From the NCBI GenBank assembly GCA_964536865.1, contig CAZHYN010000001.1:210001-242000 (forward strand): a stretch of 32,000 bases of DNA. Reading direction: 5' to 3'. Below the pieces are notes generated by a model. That model saw only the letters and a list, made by a program, of their open reading frames with translations. It was not told the origin of the DNA and did no database searches. The translations under genes and the position numbers were made by a program. This document shows, piece by piece, positions 22,700-31,995 of this stretch; positions within the stretch are counted from its first letter, which is position 1; the number at the start of each line of letters is the position of its first letter. Origin of the DNA: an uncultured Planctomycetia bacterium. Its GTDB lineage: Bacteria > Omnitrophota > Gorgyraeia > Duberdicusellales > 4484-171.

Positions 22700-23717
22700 G
22701 GAGGATATTAAGAGCTATACTTTAAAGGAGTTAGAGGATTTACTTAGAGAAAAAGCGTATCCAAAATTCTACGCCCATCAGATTTTTAATTGGATTTATA
22801 AAAAAAGGATAGAGAATTTTGATTTAATGACCAACCTCTCTAAGGAAGCAAGGGGGTTTCTGAAGAATAACTTTTATTTCTCTCACCTTAAATTAATAGA
22901 AAGGGAAACCTCTGAAGATGGAACAGAAAAATTCTTATTTGAGTTAGATGATGGCCATAGGATAGAAACAGTTCTTATCCCTGAAGGAAAGAGAATTACT
23001 CTCTGTGTCTCTACTCAGGTAGGATGTAAATTTAAATGTAGATTCTGTGTAAGTGGAATCTCTGGATTTAAGAGGAATTTGAGGACATCAGAGATTATTT
23101 CTCAGTATCTAGAGGTGGCCAAAAGAATAGGGAGAATTACCAATATAGTATTTATGGGCATAGGAGAACCTTTAGATAATTTTGACAATGTTGTAAAAAG
23201 TATAGAAATTTTAAAAGAACCCCATGGCATTTCCTTTGGTAGAAGACGGATATGTATTTCTACCTTAGGGATTATTCCTAAGATAGAAAAATTAAGAGAG
23301 CTGAATTTAGGAATAAAACTTTCCATTTCTCTTCATTCTCCTGATTCTAAAGTTCGTACATTCCTTATGCCCGCGACAAAAAGATACCCCCTTAAAGAGT
23401 TAATGAAAGCTGTAAAAGCGTTTGCTAAATACGGAAGATACCCCATAACTTTTGAATATATTATGATAAGGAATTTAAATACAAAAAAGGAGGATGCCTT
23501 AAAACTGGTAAAGTTAGTTAAAGGAATTAATTGCAAGATAAACCTTATACCCTATAATCCTTCTCCCTACTTTGAATGGGAAGCCCCTTCCATCCAAGAG
23601 ATAGAAGTATTCAAAAATACATTAAAAAAATGTAAAATATTTTTTACATTGAGGAGACCCAGGGGAGAGGATATAAAGGCTGCTTGCGGCCAACTTAAAG
23701 TCACATTTAAAAATTAA
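22689..23717 (+). CDS. rlmN: 23S rRNA/tRNA adenine-C2 methyltransferase RlmN (radical SAM)
   Basis: FYAHQIFNWIYKK, radical SAM cluster CKFKCRFCVSG, GIGEPL, and C-terminal ACGQL catalytic Cys. ATG 22698 is an alternative start. Confidence 0.9.
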   Translation: MLQMEDIKSYTLKELEDLLREKAYPKFYAHQIFNWIYKKRIENFDLMTNLSKEARGFLKNNFYFSHLKLIERETSEDGTEKFLFELDDGHRIETVLIPEGKRITLCVSTQVGCKFKCRFCVSGISGFKRNLRTSEIISQYLEVAKRIGRITNIVFMGIGEPLDNFDNVVKSIEILKEPHGISFGRRRICISTLGIIPKIEKLRELNLGIKLSISLHSPDSKVRTFLMPATKRYPLKELMKAVKAFAKYGRYPITFEYIMIRNLNTKKEDALKLVKLVKGINCKINLIPYNPSPYFEWEAPSIQEIEVFKNTLKKCKIFFTLRRPRGEDIKAACGQLKVTFKN

Positions 23718-24613
23718 TGGAACCCTCCTATTTACAACTTTATCGCAAAGGAAAGTTAGAAGAGATAGAAAACAAACTCACTCAAAGTTTAAAGAACTGT
23801 AATCTCTGTCCTCGTAACTGTGGAGTGAATAGATTAAGAGGGGAAGTTGGATTCTGTAAGACTACTCGCCTTGCCAAAGTGGATAGTTTTTTTCTCCATT
23901 TTGGAGAGGAGCCAGAACTTGTGGGAAGAGGTGGCTCGGGAACGATATTTTTTTCCTGGTGTAATTTAGGATGCATTTACTGTCAAAACTACCCTATATC
24001 TCATTTAGGCGAAGGAAGAGAAGTCTCTAAGGAAGAGCTAGCAGAGATGATGATTACTCTTCAAGATAACGGAGCAGAGAACATTAACTTTGTTACTCCT
24101 ACTCATGTAGTTGCTCAAATAGTAGAAGCCTTACCTCTTGCTATTCAAAAAGGTCTTTCTTTACCTTTGGTGTATAACTGTGGAGGGTATGAAAGTGTAG
24201 AGACTTTAAAGATTATAGAGGGAATCTTCGATATCTATATGCCTGATGTAAAATACTCAGATAGCAGTGTGGCTAGTAGACTTTCTTCAGCCCCCAATTA
24301 CTGGGAAGTAGTTAAAGAAGTTTTAAAAGAGATGTATAGGCAGGTAGGAGGTTTAGTAGTAACTAGAGGTATCGCTAAGAAAGGACTTCTTATACGCCAT
24401 CTAGTGTTGCCTTCCAGACTCGCTGGTTCTTTCAAAATTTTAGATTTTATAAAAGAAGAAATTTCTGTTAATACTTATATCAATATAATGGAGCAGTATC
24501 ATCCTTGTTTTAAAGCTCATTATATAAAAGAGCTATCTCGTAGGCCAACTATTGAGGAGTTTAAGGAGGTAGTTGAGTATGCTAAAAAGCTAGGCTTTTA
24601 CCGAGGTTTCTAA
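23717..24613 (+). CDS. Radical SAM protein, PflX-like (COG1313-type, PFL-activase-related)
   Basis: N-terminal CNLCPRNCGVNRLRGEVGFC and radical SAM motif CNLGCIYCQN. TAATG overlap with rlmN. Confidence 0.7.
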   Translation: MEPSYLQLYRKGKLEEIENKLTQSLKNCNLCPRNCGVNRLRGEVGFCKTTRLAKVDSFFLHFGEEPELVGRGGSGTIFFSWCNLGCIYCQNYPISHLGEGREVSKEELAEMMITLQDNGAENINFVTPTHVVAQIVEALPLAIQKGLSLPLVYNCGGYESVETLKIIEGIFDIYMPDVKYSDSSVASRLSSAPNYWEVVKEVLKEMYRQVGGLVVTRGIAKKGLLIRHLVLPSRLAGSFKILDFIKEEISVNTYINIMEQYHPCFKAHYIKELSRRPTIEEFKEVVEYAKKLGFYRGF

Positions 24614-24653
24614 CTTTATATAGCACTGATTAGTGAGAAAGAAAGGAGGGAGT

Positions 24654-25205
24654 ATGAAGGTAGAGGTTAAAAAAAGCGTGGCTAATAGATTAATTAACTG
24701 TGGAGAAGTGATTTTAGTAAGTTGTGCTTACAAGGATAAGAAAAACGTTGCTACCTGTGCCTGGCATATGCCTTTTTCTAAAAATCCTCCTTTGTTGGGT
24801 GTTGCTTTAGCAGGAAAACATTTTTCTTCTGAGATTATAAGAAAGAGTGAAGAGTTTGTTGTAAATGTTCCTGAGTGGAGTATTATCGATAAGGTGATTT
24901 GCTGCGGGAAACTAACTGGTTGGAGTGTAGATAAGTTTAAAGAGTGTGGTTTAACTCCCCAAGAACCTCATTCATTAACTAAAACTTGTAAAGTTGCTGA
25001 ATGTATAGGACATCTTGAGTGTTCTTTAGTTGATGTCAGAGAGATAGGAGATCATTATCTATTCATAGGAGAGATAATCTATGCCGAAGCAGATGATGAA
25101 TACTTTAAGGGAGATTTTTGGAATACCGAGGAAGTAAAGCTAATTTTTTATTTAGGTTCAACTTTTTTCTTTAAATCCACTAAATTTGTAGAATTTAAAA
25201 GGTGA
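24654..25205 (+). CDS. Flavin reductase-like domain protein
   Basis: VILVSCAYKDKKNVATCAWHMPFSKNPPLLGVAL...FVVNVP fits the Flavin_Reduct domain pattern. ATG 24654 follows AAGGAGGG (24643-24650) and is preferred over the GTG at 24633 in the ORF track. Confidence 0.7.
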   Translation: MKVEVKKSVANRLINCGEVILVSCAYKDKKNVATCAWHMPFSKNPPLLGVALAGKHFSSEIIRKSEEFVVNVPEWSIIDKVICCGKLTGWSVDKFKECGLTPQEPHSLTKTCKVAECIGHLECSLVDVREIGDHYLFIGEIIYAEADDEYFKGDFWNTEEVKLIFYLGSTFFFKSTKFVEFKR

Positions 25206-26146
25206 AGCGAGTAATTTTTCAACTTCCTTCTCCCTTTATAGAAAAGATTAAGAGAATTTACCCTTCTAGTTATCCTCGAATTTTAGAAAGTTTTTGCCAG
25301 AAGAAACTTCATACATTTAGAATAAATTATCTAAAGATAGATCTAAGTAAGCTAAGAAAGGAACTACAGAAAGAAAAGATTAGATATAGAGAACTTTCTT
25401 GGCCTAAAGGGAGTTTTGTGCTTCACTCCAACCTCAGAGAGTTACAAAGAAGCTATATTTATCAGAAGGGGTTTATTTATGTTCAAAACATTTCTAGTAT
25501 GATTCCTCCTATTTTGCTTTCTCCTCAGAAAGGAGAAAAAATATTAGATATGTGTGCTGCTCCTGGAGCAAAGACTACGCAAATTGCTTCTTTGGTAGCT
25601 GATAATGCTCAAATTGTAGCTGTTGAGAAAATAAGAACCAGATTCTATAAACTTTTAGCAAATTTAAAAATTCAAGGAACAAATTGTGTAAAACCTCTTC
25701 TTATAGATGGAATACGTATAAGAAACAAATTTCCTGATTATTTTGACAAAATTCTTTTAGATGCTCCCTGTTCCTGTGAGGGTCTTTTCTATGTAAATAA
25801 CCCTCATTCCTTTAAGTACTGGAAGGAAAGAAAAGTAAAAGAGATGGTTCATAAACAGAAAAAGCTGCTTTCATCGGCAATATATGCTTTAAAAGAAGGG
25901 GGTATTTTAGTTTATTCTACCTGCACTTTTTCTCCTGAAGAGAATGAGGAAGTAATCGATTGGGCACTGAAGAAGTTTGAGGGGAATATAAGAGTAGTTC
26001 CTATAAGTATACCTTTAAAGAATGTAAGAAGAGGATTAGAAAGATGGAGAGATAAGTATTTTTCTCCACAGCTGGAGTTATGTTTACGTATAATCCCTAA
26101 TAGATTTATGGAAGGTTTCTTTATTGCTAAGTTGATGAAAGAATAG
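25202..26146 (+). CDS. NOL1/NOP2/Sun-family RNA cytosine-C5 methyltransferase (RsmB/RsmF-like)
   Basis: SAM motif DMCAAPGAKTT and catalytic Cys motifs DAPCSCEG and YSTCTFSPEENE. GTGA overlap upstream. Confidence 0.8.
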   Translation: MKRVIFQLPSPFIEKIKRIYPSSYPRILESFCQKKLHTFRINYLKIDLSKLRKELQKEKIRYRELSWPKGSFVLHSNLRELQRSYIYQKGFIYVQNISSMIPPILLSPQKGEKILDMCAAPGAKTTQIASLVADNAQIVAVEKIRTRFYKLLANLKIQGTNCVKPLLIDGIRIRNKFPDYFDKILLDAPCSCEGLFYVNNPHSFKYWKERKVKEMVHKQKKLLSSAIYALKEGGILVYSTCTFSPEENEEVIDWALKKFEGNIRVVPISIPLKNVRRGLERWRDKYFSPQLELCLRIIPNRFMEGFFIAKLMKE

Positions 26147-26152
26147 AATTTA

Positions 26153-27859
26153 ATGAAAAGAGTTTTACTTATTCTTCCTCCCGTACGGGACTTTTATTTT
26201 ACTTTCTCAAGAAATTATCCTTTAGGGCTTCTCTACTTAGCTACATTCCTAACCAGGGAAGGGTTTAAAGTGAAAATTATTAATGCTCTGGAGCGGAGAA
26301 GTAAAGTTACTCTTAAAGTTCCTCAAGCTTTTTCTTATCTTAACCGCTATTACCGCTCTAATAAATCTCCTTTTAGACTCTTCAATAATTTTTATCATTT
26401 TGGACTAACTTTTGAGGAGATTCAGGGTCTCATTGAAGATTTTAGACCTCATATTGTGGGTATCTCTGCTAATTTTTCATGTTACTTTGACAGTGTTATT
26501 CAGGTTACCGAGACTGTTAAAAGAATAGATAAAAGGATTATCACTGTAGTAGGGGGTAGGTTTGCTACTTCTCAACCGGAGGTACCTCTTAAAAACCCAA
26601 ATATAGATTTTGTGATTCGTGGAGAGGCAGAGTATACTTTTTTAGAGTTATGTAAAAAAGTAGATAAAGGAATAGAGCACATTGCTGGTCTTTGTTATAG
26701 AACGGGCGATAAGCTCTTTATTTCTCCTCAAATTCCTATCGTAGAAGATTTAGATAAAATACCCTATCCTGAACGGACACTTATAAACTACTATGAGTAC
26801 AAAATAGATGGAAATGTGTATACTTCGTTGATTACTTCTCGAGGGTGTAACTTGGGTTGTAGGTTTTGCGCAATAAGAGAGCCCTTTCGTTATCGGAAGG
26901 CAGAAAATGTATTTGGAGAGATAGAAATTTGTTATAGCCTAGGAATAAGGCACTTTAATTTTGAAGACGATAATATAAATCTTAATCCTCAGTTCGAGAG
27001 ACTTCTAGATCTAATTATCGACAGTTTAGTAGACAAAGGAAAGAGTATAAGAATTTCCTTTATGAATGGTTTGATGAGTAAAAATTTAAATTTCTCTATT
27101 TTAAATAAACTTAAAAAATGTGGTCTTACCCATGTTGATTTTTCTCTAGTGACCAGAAAGAAGAGTCTTATGAAATATCTTAATCGCTGCCAAGAGAAGA
27201 AAATTCTTCCCTTCTCCAGCTACCTTGCTGATAGAGATATTTATCCCTTTATCCATTTTATCGTAGGGTTACCTCGTCAGAAATTTGAAGAATGTCTTAA
27301 AGATGTAAGTTTCTTAGCAGGCAAAAGAGTTTTTTTAGGGCCAAGTATCTTCTATCTTGTTCCGGAAAGTGAGCTATTTAAGGAACTCTTTCCTATCTCC
27401 CGAATTAGGGAAGAGGATTATATTTATTTTAGGAGTAGTTGTGCTTATTTCGAAAAGGATATGAAGAGGGATGAAATATTTTTTATCTTTTACATTTGCA
27501 GGATAATTAATTTTATAAAAGAAGTTATAGATAAATTTATGCTGAGTAACTATGATTTCCTTTCTTGGATAGAAAGGGTTACATCCACAGTAAAGGTCTT
27601 TAGAGACAAAATAGTTTCCTATGAAAAATTAGATAAGTATACCCTTGGAGCAATAATTATAAAAGAGTTGCTTACTCAAGAGACTTTATTTAGAATTGTA
27701 CTCGAGAAGAAAAAAGAAATGTACATCTATAAATTAATAAAAGAAGAATTTATTCCCTCTCAGTTTATAAGGACTTTCTTGCAGAAGGTTAGAAGTATTT
27801 GCGGGGTAAAGAATCCTTTTTCTGTCCAACTGCAAGGGGCATATAGCCCCTTGCAGTAA
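26153..27859 (+). CDS. B12-binding-domain radical SAM protein (class B rSAM), substrate unknown
   Basis: N-terminal Rossmann-like B12-binding pattern (LLILPP...YPLGLLYLATFL...HIVGISA) and radical SAM CNLGCRFCA. 568 aa with a long C-terminal extension. Confidence 0.7.
   Translation: MKRVLLILPPVRDFYFTFSRNYPLGLLYLATFLTREGFKVKIINALERRSKVTLKVPQAFSYLNRYYRSNKSPFRLFNNFYHFGLTFEEIQGLIEDFRPHIVGISANFSCYFDSVIQVTETVKRIDKRIITVVGGRFATSQPEVPLKNPNIDFVIRGEAEYTFLELCKKVDKGIEHIAGLCYRTGDKLFISPQIPIVEDLDKIPYPERTLINYYEYKIDGNVYTSLITSRGCNLGCRFCAIREPFRYRKAENVFGEIEICYSLGIRHFNFEDDNINLNPQFERLLDLIIDSLVDKGKSIRISFMNGLMSKNLNFSILNKLKKCGLTHVDFSLVTRKKSLMKYLNRCQEKKILPFSSYLADRDIYPFIHFIVGLPRQKFEECLKDVSFLAGKRVFLGPSIFYLVPESELFKELFPISRIREEDYIYFRSSCAYFEKDMKRDEIFFIFYICRIINFIKEVIDKFMLSNYDFLSWIERVTSTVKVFRDKIVSYEKLDKYTLGAIIIKELLTQETLFRIVLEKKKEMYIYKLIKEEFIPSQFIRTFLQKVRSICGVKNPFSVQLQGAYSPLQ
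27830..27856. terminator. Hairpin terminator between convergent genes (overlaps the last codons of the rSAM gene)
   Basis: CTGCAAGGGGC (27830-27840) / GCCCCTTGCAG (27846-27856), ATATA loop, followed by TAATTTTCTTTTT. Confidence 0.6.
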
Positions 27860-27867
27860 TTTTCTTT

Positions 27868-28134
27868 TTAAAGGATAGCTTTTAACTCCTTGGAAGCTCT
27901 AAATCCTACGGTTTTCTTCGCAGGAATTTGGATGGTTTCTCCTGTTTTAGGGTTTCTTCCTGTTCTTGCTTTCCTTTCCTTTACCTTAAATGTTCCAAAA
28001 CCGGCAATAGTTACAGATTCTTTCTTTTTTAAAGAATTCTTGATTGCTTCCAATAGGGCCTCTACTGCCATTTGTGCTTCTTTTTTGGTGCAGGTTTTCT
28101 TAGCTACTACTTCAATTAACTGGGCTTTATTCAT
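27868..28134 (-). CDS. hup: HU/IHF-family nucleoid-associated DNA-binding protein
   Basis: 88 aa: MNKAQLIEVVAKK...GFGTFKVKERKARTGRNPKTGETIQIPAKKTVGFRASKELK. SD AAGGAGGTG upstream. Confidence 0.9.
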   Translation of the reverse strand: MNKAQLIEVVAKKTCTKKEAQMAVEALLEAIKNSLKKKESVTIAGFGTFKVKERKARTGRNPKTGETIQIPAKKTVGFRASKELKAIL

Positions 28135-28192
28135 CTACACACCTCCTTTTTTAATTAGTTATTGATATTTTTAAAAATTAACTTTAAACTAT

Positions 28193-28220
28193 TTTATAAT
28201 CCTCTAAAGCTAGTTGTCAA
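28193..28220 (-). promoter_or_regulatory. Possible hup promoter (minus strand TTGACA-16-TATAAA)
   Basis: The reverse complement of 28215-28220 is TTGACA, and the reverse complement of 28193-28198 is TATAAA. Confidence 0.35.
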
Positions 28221-29065
28221 GCATTTTTATTGATTTTACAATGGATTTCGTAGTTATTACTAAGAGGGAATTTGATGGTATTTTAAGAAATAGAGAAAAA
28301 GGTTTTTTTTCTTTGAGGGTAGATTTTGGACTTAAAGAAGTTAAGGTGGAGATAAGGGAAGAAAAAGCTATTCTGGATGGGAGGTTCGTTTTAGATTTAA
28401 GAAACAGATTAAAACCTCATTTTTGCTATCTTTTAAAGAAAAATAAAATCTTGCCTATAGCTTTTTTCTCCAAAGATACTAACAGATTCTATAAGCTTAT
28501 TCCTACCAAGGACTGGCCAAGCTTAGCTATTGGCTCAGTTCCTATGCATAAAGTGAAGCTATCTTCTCCTTACCAGGATACTAAGGAAAAAATTGAGCTC
28601 CTTCGTCCTTGGGGGAGAGTTCTAGATACGTGCATGGGACTGGGTTACACAGCAATTTTAGCTTCTCCTTACAGTAAGGAAGTAATAACCTTTGAAAAGG
28701 ATAAAAACGTTTTATTCTTAACGAAAATTAACCCTCTCTCTTACCAGATCTTTTTAGACCCTAAGATAAAAGTAAAAAAAGCAGATATAACTAAATATAT
28801 TCACCGATTTCCTTTAGGTTACTTTGACTGTGTAATCTGCGATCCTCCTACATTCAAGTTAGCACCTTCCTTATATAGCGTGGATTTCTACTACCAACTT
28901 TATCGAGTTTTGCGAAAGAAAGGAAGGCTCTATCACTATCTTCCTTTGTATAGGATCACTCAAGGTTACAATTTTCCTTCAAAAATTAAAAGGAAATTAG
29001 AAGAAGTAGGATTCAGAACTAAAAGATTTTTACCTTCAAAAGGTCATCTTTTATGTATCAAATAA
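28214..29065 (+). CDS. Class I SAM-dependent methyltransferase with DPPTF motif (COG2521-like)
   Basis: VLDTCMGLGYTAI (motif I) and VICDPPTF (motif IV, D/N-PP-F/Y). The start is uncertain (TTG 28214 or ATG 28241), and neither has an SD. Confidence 0.6.
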   Translation: MSSIFIDFTMDFVVITKREFDGILRNREKGFFSLRVDFGLKEVKVEIREEKAILDGRFVLDLRNRLKPHFCYLLKKNKILPIAFFSKDTNRFYKLIPTKDWPSLAIGSVPMHKVKLSSPYQDTKEKIELLRPWGRVLDTCMGLGYTAILASPYSKEVITFEKDKNVLFLTKINPLSYQIFLDPKIKVKKADITKYIHRFPLGYFDCVICDPPTFKLAPSLYSVDFYYQLYRVLRKKGRLYHYLPLYRITQGYNFPSKIKRKLEEVGFRTKRFLPSKGHLLCIK

Positions 29066-29655
29066 ATTTAGAGAAAGAAAGGGAAAAATTGGATAGAGAG
29101 ATAACTTTTTTCCACTTAAAGAGAGCTAAAAGAATTGCTTTGCGTGCTTTGAAAGAAGCAAGAAGAAGAAAAGATTGGTTCTTTATTTACTACTTTACTG
29201 CCCAGAAGTATATTTTGAGTGAGAGATTCAGGGAAGCAAAAAGATACTTGGAGAAAGCATTGAGATTAAGGCCTAAAGATGCACTAAGTTACAATGACAA
29301 AGCTATATGTTTGGCAGAACTCGGAGATTATGAGGATGCTCTTTCTTGCTTCAATGAAGGAATTAAGAAGAATAAGGATTGCCCCACCTTATTCCACAAT
29401 AAAGGATGGTTTCTTAACTTTCTCAATAGACACAAGGAGGCATTAGTATGTTTTCATAAGGCTTTAGAGTTTGATCCCTCTCGTGCTGAGTCTCTTTACA
29501 GTTTGGCAGATTCTTACTTCTCTTTAGGAAAATTTAAAGAGGCAAAGAAATATTTCCAAAAGGCTGCTCAGGTAGTTAGAGGAAAAAGTAGTTTTGTTTA
29601 CCGGGAGGCTAAGCGGCGTTTTAAAGAAATTCTTTCCTTGGAGAAGGATACTTAA
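29053..29655 (+). CDS. TPR-repeat protein
   Basis: Repeated A..Y...A......Y..A...F..A pattern (e.g. AKRYLEKALRLRPKDALSYNDKAICLAELGDYEDALSCFNEGIK). 13-nt overlap upstream. Confidence 0.7.
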   Translation: MYQINLEKEREKLDREITFFHLKRAKRIALRALKEARRRKDWFFIYYFTAQKYILSERFREAKRYLEKALRLRPKDALSYNDKAICLAELGDYEDALSCFNEGIKKNKDCPTLFHNKGWFLNFLNRHKEALVCFHKALEFDPSRAESLYSLADSYFSLGKFKEAKKYFQKAAQVVRGKSSFVYREAKRRFKEILSLEKDT

Positions 29656-29751
29656 TTTAAAAGTTCCCTTTTCTGCATATTATATCAACGTAAGCTTAAA
29701 TCCTTAGCGATTATACTTTCTATAACTATAATAGATGATGAGAAAGATAGT

Positions 29752-31995
29752 TTAACCCAGGAGAAGTTTTATTACGCATACATTGCCAGGAGGCAAAGAA
29801 GAGATAACCTCTTTAGGTATTTTTACAATTTCTTCCTCTAATTTTTTGGAGAGCCCATTTATTATTACCTGTTTAGGCTTATAGAATTTTTTGGTATTTG
29901 TCTTTTGGTAGATTACCTTGATCTTTCTTCCTTGAAATTTTAATTCCATCTCAATACTCTTTTTAAAAAAGTTACTATTAGTGAGTTTAGGTTGAAGTAA
30001 CAAGTCTCCTTGAGAAAATTTTATTCCCATAACCTCTTCGAAAATAGTATAAATATACCAACTTGCTGAGCCAGTCAGATAGAAGTAGAGCCCTCTTCCT
30101 TCTAGATTGAAGTACTCAGGAATCATAGGATAGATTTTACTAAACTTAGATGTGGACATCTTGTAGATAGAATATAAAGCCTTAAACCCTTCTTCTATAA
30201 ATCCTCTTTTATATAATCCGTAAGCGAATAGAACCACCATGTGATTGAAGAATGCGCCATTTTCTTTATCTCCGTAGCTGAACCCGAAAGCCCTGCCCAG
30301 TTCAAGGTAGGGAGTTTCAAAGTTGGTGTTAAGGCGTAGGCCTTTCAGTTTTTTATCCTTAAGATAGCGGTTAACAGAGATAATAATCTTTCTAATTTGA
30401 TTAGAAGTGGCCACTCCACTAATTATAGGAAATACCTGTGATTGAAGCAGGAGTCGGACTTTCCCTTTTTTCTTTCCCTCTACCCGTCTTCCCCGGTTAT
30501 CATAGTAACCGTTGAAAAATCCTTCTTTTAGCCACTCCTTTTTTCTTATATAGTTGTAAATCCACTCTCCCTTTTCTTTTAAGTCTCTAGCTAGCAAGGA
30601 AGTTTTTATCTTCATCCTTTTACCACTCACCTTGTATTTAGTTTTTTCTAAATAGCAGGATAAAATTTCTTTTTTTCTATTTGCATTATTATAATCTATA
30701 GGATGATTTAATCGATTCAAAAGGAAGCTAATTTCCTTTAGAAGTTCTATTTTTTTTCTTCTTTTAGCAATTTCTTCCAAAATATCTCCTAATCTCTTAA
30801 GATTGTAACCATACATACAGTAAAAAGGCACACTTTCTCCTTTGTCAGGAGCACAGTCTAACCCATCATTCCAATCCGCATTTTCTAACCTTAAGATATT
30901 GTGGTCTCCTACGTTGAAGAATTGTACAAGATTCTGTATAAGGAGATGCTCTAAAACACTCCCTTTATAAAGTTGGTTCCTTTCTGTTCTTAGAAAGAAA
31001 TCCTCTCCCTTAAACTTTAGATCAATCTCTTTAGCTCTCTTAAGTTGATGATCTCTAAAGTAGGGTATCTTTTTAAAAAGAAGATTCCAATTTCCCGAGT
31101 AATTTAGGTAAAGCTCAACAGCAAGGAGGGGCCAAACACCATGGTCTGTCCAAACTCGGGAGATTCGGTTTCTGTCAGATATAAATTTCCCCTCTCTAGT
31201 AATTATAGTGGCGTTAGAACCATCAATCCTTATTCCTTTAAGATTATTAAGAATTAATTTATCTATGTTTTTCTCTCCTCGTAAGATAAGAGAAAGTATG
31301 TCTTGCCAGAGATCTCGCCAGCCTCTGCCTCCTTTTCCATAATCAAAATGAGGTAAAAATGAGCACCCCCATAGTTTCCTTAAAGTAGGTTGAAAATACA
31401 CCCACAGAAGCCAGTTATTGAATAATTTATTCTTAAAATCAAATCTTAAAGAGGAGAGGTGTTTTTGCCAGTAGCTTTTTGTTTTCTCTAAGTAAAGTTT
31501 TATTTTTTTCTGAGAGTTAAGTTTTCTAAAGGTCTCATACATATACTGTTTATCCTCAGCTATCCCCATAATTACAAAGAAATTTACCTCTTCCCCTTTT
31601 CTAATAGTTAGTTCTCTAAATCTAAATGCTGCACAACTCTCTTTCCCATCAAAGTTTTTCTGTTTTCTCTTGAAAGGCTTTAGATTTCTATATACTGCTT
31701 GGGGTTTTTCTAAATTTCCTTCTTCTCCACAGAAAGTTAAGAGAGTAGGAAATTGCCCTAAGGGCGGCAAAGAGTTCTGATGCGCAAAGGCAAAGTAAAG
31801 AGTGGTGTTTTCTCTATGCTTGCGCTCATCAAAAATCATCGTAGGTTTAAGAATAATCTCATACCTTTTAAGTTCTACTCTATTTAGGAGAGAGGTAACG
31901 TGACGGTGATCTCTTAGGCTTTTTTCTCCTCTTCCATAAAGAGGAAGAAAAGAGGTGGGGGTAATTTTTATCTTTTTTTTGCCTCTGATTTTCAC
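29752..31995 (-). CDS. GH94-like glycoside phosphorylase (cellobiose/chitobiose/beta-glucan phosphorylase family); N-terminus may lie beyond the window
   Basis: GGRGWRDLWQD, ENADWNDGLD, ENGAFFNHMVV and TGSASWYIYT resemble GH94 catalytic-domain motifs. The listed start is a GTG 5 nt from the window edge, and the frame stays open to the edge. Confidence 0.55.
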   Translation of the reverse strand: MKIRGKKKIKITPTSFLPLYGRGEKSLRDHRHVTSLLNRVELKRYEIILKPTMIFDERKHRENTTLYFAFAHQNSLPPLGQFPTLLTFCGEEGNLEKPQAVYRNLKPFKRKQKNFDGKESCAAFRFRELTIRKGEEVNFFVIMGIAEDKQYMYETFRKLNSQKKIKLYLEKTKSYWQKHLSSLRFDFKNKLFNNWLLWVYFQPTLRKLWGCSFLPHFDYGKGGRGWRDLWQDILSLILRGEKNIDKLILNNLKGIRIDGSNATIITREGKFISDRNRISRVWTDHGVWPLLAVELYLNYSGNWNLLFKKIPYFRDHQLKRAKEIDLKFKGEDFFLRTERNQLYKGSVLEHLLIQNLVQFFNVGDHNILRLENADWNDGLDCAPDKGESVPFYCMYGYNLKRLGDILEEIAKRRKKIELLKEISFLLNRLNHPIDYNNANRKKEILSCYLEKTKYKVSGKRMKIKTSLLARDLKEKGEWIYNYIRKKEWLKEGFFNGYYDNRGRRVEGKKKGKVRLLLQSQVFPIISGVATSNQIRKIIISVNRYLKDKKLKGLRLNTNFETPYLELGRAFGFSYGDKENGAFFNHMVVLFAYGLYKRGFIEEGFKALYSIYKMSTSKFSKIYPMIPEYFNLEGRGLYFYLTGSASWYIYTIFEEVMGIKFSQGDLLLQPKLTNSNFFKKSIEMELKFQGRKIKVIYQKTNTKKFYKPKQVIINGLSKKLEEEIVKIPKEVISSLPPGNVCVIKLLLG

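Noticed and set aside
812-23976. Antisense or overlapping short ORFs in the six-frame track: 812-1045, 1469-1708, 5398-5601, 5637-5855, 6307-6579, 9280-9486, 10764-10964, 16502-16924, 19297-19515, 20066-20293, 23102-23326, 23333-23536 and 23782-23976 on the minus strand; 4735-4917 on the plus strand.
   Set aside because: Each lies wholly or largely within a longer ORF that has clear family motifs. None has a recognisable motif or ribosome-binding site, and their composition is that of shadow frames in low-GC DNA.
27890-28165. Plus-strand 91-aa ORF opposite the HU gene.
   Set aside because: The minus-strand frame encodes an unmistakable HU/IHF protein with a strong SD, so the plus-strand ORF is its antisense shadow.
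28214-28243. TTGTCA-17-TACAAT as a plus-strand promoter for the methyltransferase gene.
   Set aside because: The -10 would overlap the ATG at 28241. That would place the transcription start inside the ORF, with no downstream start codon available. The same bases read on the minus strand give a TTGACA -35 for hup, which is more coherent. The start codon of the methyltransferase remains unresolved.
29656-29751. A terminator or ncRNA in the convergent gap between the TPR gene and the GH94-like gene.
   Set aside because: Only weak, AT-rich, short complementary segments are present (CTTTCT/AGAAAG). There is no convincing stem plus U-tract.
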